From contig ML996687.1 in the NCBI GenBank assembly GCA_010356995.1, forward strand, positions 1,427,803 through 1,491,802: 64,000 bases of DNA, read 5' to 3'. A program made the translations under genes and the position numbers. Source of the DNA: Trichodelitschia bisporula (Eukaryota). Below, piece after piece: positions 59,629-64,000 of this stretch (position 1 is the stretch's first letter; each line of letters opens with the position of its first letter). The notes under the pieces are model-generated. The model was not told the DNA's origin and did no database searches. It saw nothing but the letters and a program-made list of their open reading frames with translations.

Positions 59629-61052
59629 CTACCCCCGCTGCCCCCTCGCCTTCGCCTTCCGCCGCCGAACCTCGGCGTTGGCATTCGGCGCCGCCGCACC
59701 ATCTAGCGCCGCGTCCTCCTCGTCTTCAGGCACGTCCGCGTACACCGGCTCCTCCACGTTCTGGCCGAGCAGGCGGCCGACGGTGCTGCGGTACATGAGG
59801 CCGGGTAGCTTGAACAGCACGGTGTCGCGGATGGTCGGCTGAGAGATTTCGTTTTCCTGATCCGCGTTAGCATAATCCTTTACATGGTCCTATGGTTCAA
59901 GGGCTCCCGAAAATGCCATGTCGCCTCAACCCTGCCAGACTCTTGCAGGAGGGGGATGACATGACCTTTTCAGGTCGCTCTTGGCGGTACGTACATCAAG
60001 CAGAAACTCATGCGTCTGCCCATCCTGCGTCTCCTCCTCGAGGAACACATTCCCAACGCTGTCCACAATGAGCACCTTCCCGTTCTGCGCAGTGACGCGC
60101 TTCTTCGCGCCCTGCGGTCCGGTAGCAGGGGCCTCGGTCTCGACGGGCGTGCTGCTGCCCTCTTTCTTCGCCGCCGCTGACTTGCGCGGGTTCTTGGCGG
60201 CCTTGCGGCTCTCGCGCTCCTGCAGGCGCTTCTGCCGGCGATTCCACGCAACCGCCTCGCCCTCGCTCGCCGGCGGGGTGTCGTAGCCCGTCGCAGCTGC
60301 AGAGGTAGCGTCGACGCCCGGGATACCCGCAATGCCGCTCTCGTCGCCCCACGCCATGCGGCGCGCATTGCGGATATACGCAGACACAAACGAGCGCTGA
60401 CGGCGCCAGGAAACGTACAGCGCCGCATAATGCGCCACACCGCCCATGACCACAACGAGCCCGATCAGCACACTCCCAATCCCCGGGCGGAAACGCTCAT
60501 AATAATACCCCGTGCCGCGCCAAGCCGGAAACCCATGCTTGAGAAAGTAATCATAGCGCTCCCTATTCTCGCCGCGGAGCACATTGGCCACGGCGCTGAG
60601 GCGCGCGTACCTATCTTCGGCGGCCTTGTGGGCGGCGGCAATTTCGCGTTGGGTGGGTTTCTTGTGCACGATGGGTTTGCCGGTAGGTTTTTGGCCGGGG
60701 GGAGGTTTACCGTAGTTGGCGATGAAGGATTGGCGGGCTTTGTCTGGGTGCAGGCGGGCGGAGAGACGCCGGTAGGCGCGGTTTATGTCGTCTTGCGATG
60801 CGGAGGGCGGGACGCCGATGAAGGTGTAGAAGGTGCTGTTTGGGCCCTGGTCGGCTTTGAGGGCGTCGTTGAGTTGGAAGATTTCGTGGTCTGGGAGGGG
60901 GGGGAGGGTTAGCTGACGAATCTACAATGGCACACCTACAATTGCACCGGGGTACAGTCGAGGACACGAAGTGACGTACCTTCTTTGGTCCACGCAGCCG
61001 TGAACGAGGTGAAGAACACCAGAACGGCGGTGAGAAAGGCCAGGGACTTCAT
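59629..61052 (-). CDS. ER membrane DnaJ-domain protein (Erj5-like)
   Basis: Signal peptide, WTKEDHEIF, HPD motif, RERYDYFLKHGFPAWRGTGYYY, TM helix; introns 60979-60891 and 59994-59857. Confidence 0.92.
59897..59984. mobile_element. Palindromic dispersed element, copy 3, inside DnaJ intron 2
   Basis: TCAAGGGCTCCCGAAAATGCCATGTC..GACATGACCTTTTCAGGTCGCTCTTG; about 42-bp imperfect stem. Confidence 0.72.
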
Positions 61053-62055
61053 CTTGACGGCTTCTGGCGACGGCTCTTCTCAACGGGTTCTCCTTCTCTT
61101 TCCCTGCCGAATTGCGGTTCCTGTGATCCGCAGCGGGGTTGGTGGGAAAGTCAAGAAAGGCTGTGAGCAAAGCAGAGAGCAGAGAATGGCAAACTAGAGG
61201 AGTGGTTTATGCAGGACCGGGCGAACTTGAGGCTGTCTGTACGTGGGTCGACGTGGCAGCAACAGCTGGAAGACCAATGGGAAGAGTGCAGATGGTGAGA
61301 CTTTAGACCATAGCGTCTTGTATAAAGCGGAGGCGGGGTGGAAGGGAAGAGGACAGGTTTATGTGAGGAGCAGCTCTTCTCGTCCTTGTTGGTGACGAAG
61401 TGATGATGAGCTGACAAGAGAAGGGGGAGAAGTTTTTATTCTCCTCTCCTTTCAACTCAATCAATTTTGAAGTCGACACGGGGAAGAAGATATTGCGGTG
61501 TTGGCGCGCACAAGTTCCAACGCCAAAAAGCCTCTCTCACTCTCCCCCCCCCTCCCGTTGCCCCCGTCCCGACTCCGCTTGACACTTGACGAACAGGGGG
61601 CAAAAGTGTTGGCTCAGCTGAAAGAAGAGAGCGCGAGAGAGACAGAAAGGCAGAAAGTGGAAGCCTAACCATCCTTCTTTTCTCTACAAAACCTTTGCAA
61701 CAACATCAGCTGCACAATTCCCCTTCGTCGACTTCATTCAAGGATCCATCACTTCGACATCGCCTTATCTTTCATTTTCTACTCCTTCTCCTCTACGTGC
61801 TCTCATTATCCAACACTCTAAGGTTCGTAGCTCATTCTGTGCACTTCTCTCCCCCAAACAAGCAACGTTGCCAGTTGGACCAACACTATCCATCTATCTC
61901 TGGCACCTACACCGTCTCGTCTCGTCCAAAGGCTAATCAGGAAGCACCTACCAACAGTTTTCCGCCCAAAAGTTCGCCACCAACAGCTTCCATCCGTCCA
62001 CTATAATAACCCTACACCCCACCCAGCTCCCTGCACTCCTTCTCACATCCCGGCA

Positions 62056-62589
62056 ATGCCTCCGTCGGTGAACATACCCATCGAGGCGCTGACCTCGCGC
62101 TTCAACCTGTCGGGCCGCTTCGAGAATGTGCGGTCAACATCCCTGGCGACGCGCTTCGCCAACCTGCGTCCGATCAGCGAGTTCTTCGACTTCAAGCGGT
62201 TGTCGAAGCCGCAGAACTTTGGCGAGGCTCAGTCACGCGTCAACTACAACCTCGGATACTTCTCCAGCAACTATGCGGCTGTGTTCGTGATGCTCAGCAT
62301 CTACAGCTTGCTGACGAACCTGACGCTGCTGTTTGTCATCTTCCTCGTGGTCGGCGGCATGTGGGGCATCGGAAAACTCGGCGGTCAGGACCTCGACATC
62401 ATGGGGTTCCGTGCCACAACCTCGCAGCTCTACACGGGTCTGCTATGCGTCGCCATTCCGCTCACCTTCATCTCCTCACCCTTCACAACCCTGCTGTGGC
62501 TCATTGGCGCGAGCGGCGTGACCATCATCGGCCACGCATCCTTCATGGACAAGCCCATCGAGTCAGCTTTTTCCGAGGAGGCGGTCTAG
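62056..62589 (+). CDS. YIP3: PRA1 family / prenylated Rab acceptor
   Basis: LRPISEFFD..RVNYNLGYFSSNY, hydrophobic hairpins, GHASFMDKPIE. A 5'-UTR intron at 61823-61957 is possible. Confidence 0.93.
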   Translation: MPPSVNIPIEALTSRFNLSGRFENVRSTSLATRFANLRPISEFFDFKRLSKPQNFGEAQSRVNYNLGYFSSNYAAVFVMLSIYSLLTNLTLLFVIFLVVGGMWGIGKLGGQDLDIMGFRATTSQLYTGLLCVAIPLTFISSPFTTLLWLIGASGVTIIGHASFMDKPIESAFSEEAV

Positions 62590-62615
62590 GTGGTCGGCCG
62601 CGAACTCCACAATAT

Positions 62616-63818
62616 ATGCCCCAATGGGGAAGACCACCGGGGCGCGCGGGGGGGAGGAGTCGAGAGGAGCGAGAGCGATGGGCTGCGCAGCAGGCCCGGT
62701 GGGACGGCGCGCGCTTCGAGGAGGTGACGAGCGAAGACGAAGAGGTGGACCAGGAGGAGATTATGGGGGCGAACGGCGTTCTTTCATTGACTTCCAAGCC
62801 GCATTATGTTTCAGACGAGTTATTTTTCAACGACGGCGACTCCAGATACCCGCGCCGTCGCCGCGACCCTCCTCCCGCCGAGGCACAACTCGCCTACGGC
62901 GAGTACTACAGTTCGGACGAACACGACGACGACGACCCGCGCAGGAGCAGCGCCGGCCGCCGGAATGACGACCACGCGGCCTTTCTCCGCGCCCGCGCCC
63001 TGCACCGCATCGACCGCGCCAAAGCTCAGGGAAAAGGCATGGTCACACTCACCCACGACGAGCTCGAGGCCCTCCGCGGCGGCGCACCCTCGGCACCTTC
63101 CGCACCCCCAGCACTACCATCCCAGGCCCCAGCACCACCGAGCCCGGCCCGCGCCTCCAGCAGCCGCTCCCGCGAGCGCTCTCGCGAGCCTGTACGCGTC
63201 AAGGGCGCACGACGGCCGAGCCTCCTGGCGCCAGCTAAGACGCGCAGTAGCAAGACCGCACCGACGAGCAAGCGCAAGGACTCGGGCGAGAGCGCGCACT
63301 CGGCGTCGGCGCCTTCGAGAGCGCTGACCCCCGTGCAGCCGGCGTATTCTGCGCGGCGGCCTATTGGGTCGGCAGACTCGTCGCCGCGGGCGAGTCGGAT
63401 CCCGTCGGACGCGAGTGCTCGTGCACCTGTGTACCCGTCCCCGCCTGATGTCCGCCCGACATCGAGCAGCTCACGCGCGTCGTCCCGGCCGATTGATTCA
63501 GATTCGGATCATGTTATGCGTGGGAGTCCGGGGGCGTGGCCGGAGCGAGAGTATGCGTATGGCGTGCGGCAGGGGGATGTGGTGTATTCGAGTGTGTACC
63601 GGAGGCCGCCGCCTGCGAACCGCGCGCCGCATTCGGATCCTATCATCGGTGGGAGTGGGCTGGCGAATGAGTATGAGGTTAGTAGCTTTGGGTCGGAGGA
63701 TGGGTCGGATAAGCAAGGGCGTGTGCGGGAGGACAAGACGTCTGGTGGTGATAAAAGCAAGAGACGCGAGCGGGAACGGGAGCGCGACGTGCCCAAAGCA
63801 AGACGACGGCGGCATTGA
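62616..63818 (+). CDS. Uncharacterised low-complexity protein (400 aa) directly behind YIP3
   Basis: Long ORF with coding-like codon bias and a helical core ALHRIDRAKAQGKGMVTLTHDELEAL. ATG at 62616 (weak context) or 62763. Confidence 0.78.
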   Translation: MPQWGRPPGRAGGRSREERERWAAQQARWDGARFEEVTSEDEEVDQEEIMGANGVLSLTSKPHYVSDELFFNDGDSRYPRRRRDPPPAEAQLAYGEYYSSDEHDDDDPRRSSAGRRNDDHAAFLRARALHRIDRAKAQGKGMVTLTHDELEALRGGAPSAPSAPPALPSQAPAPPSPARASSSRSRERSREPVRVKGARRPSLLAPAKTRSSKTAPTSKRKDSGESAHSASAPSRALTPVQPAYSARRPIGSADSSPRASRIPSDASARAPVYPSPPDVRPTSSSSRASSRPIDSDSDHVMRGSPGAWPEREYAYGVRQGDVVYSSVYRRPPPANRAPHSDPIIGGSGLANEYEVSSFGSEDGSDKQGRVREDKTSGGDKSKRRERERERDVPKARRRRH

Positions 63819-64000
63819 CAAGACAATGGGATCTGGAATTGCAGGGTTTGGTGTAGTCCTTTTTACTCTCTACTGTGCCTGGGAATAGACTTGTGTGCTT
63901 CTTCTTCTCCCTTTTCTGGTGGATAGGAGCAATGCATCCGCTAGTATTTCTTTATTCTTCTTTGTTCTAGTGTATAAAAAGCGTGGTGTTGTACGGGATC

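Overview
Eukaryotic DNA: a gene-dense, GC-rich filamentous ascomycete chromosome segment (Pezizomycotina; Dothideomycete-like is only my inference). Introns are short (mostly 42-75 nt) with GT..YAG/AAG ends and CTRAY branch sites. I reconstructed about 20 spliced genes by hand: ATG1 (truncated at the window edge), dolichol kinase SEC59, an M1 aminopeptidase, a CFEM-like membrane protein, a PH-RhoGAP, PRP28, MRPL25, proteasome PUP3 and PRE10, a zinc-ribbon protein, a histidine-phosphatase/PGM-like protein, two GPI-type proteins, GDB1, GPD1, RKI1, an egghead/BRE-3-like GT2 glycosyltransferase, an ER DnaJ protein and YIP3/PRA1, plus an intron-containing tRNA-Lys(CTT). Four signals are not explained by these genes. 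(1) A ~90-100 bp palindromic element occurs three times (5.2, 30.5 and 59.9 kb), once inside an intron. (2) Two oppositely oriented 10-unit arrays have a ~24-bp period, a conserved CTCGGTTACCCGGC core (containing the Reb1-type TTACCCG) and variable spacers (40.4 and 57.3 kb). (3) A 400-codon ORF starts only 26 nt after the YIP3 stop, in a frame open through all of YIP3. (4) An accessory zone at about 15-22 kb carries a secreted protein of unknown function and orphan ORFs. No database search was run; all identities come from motif recognition.
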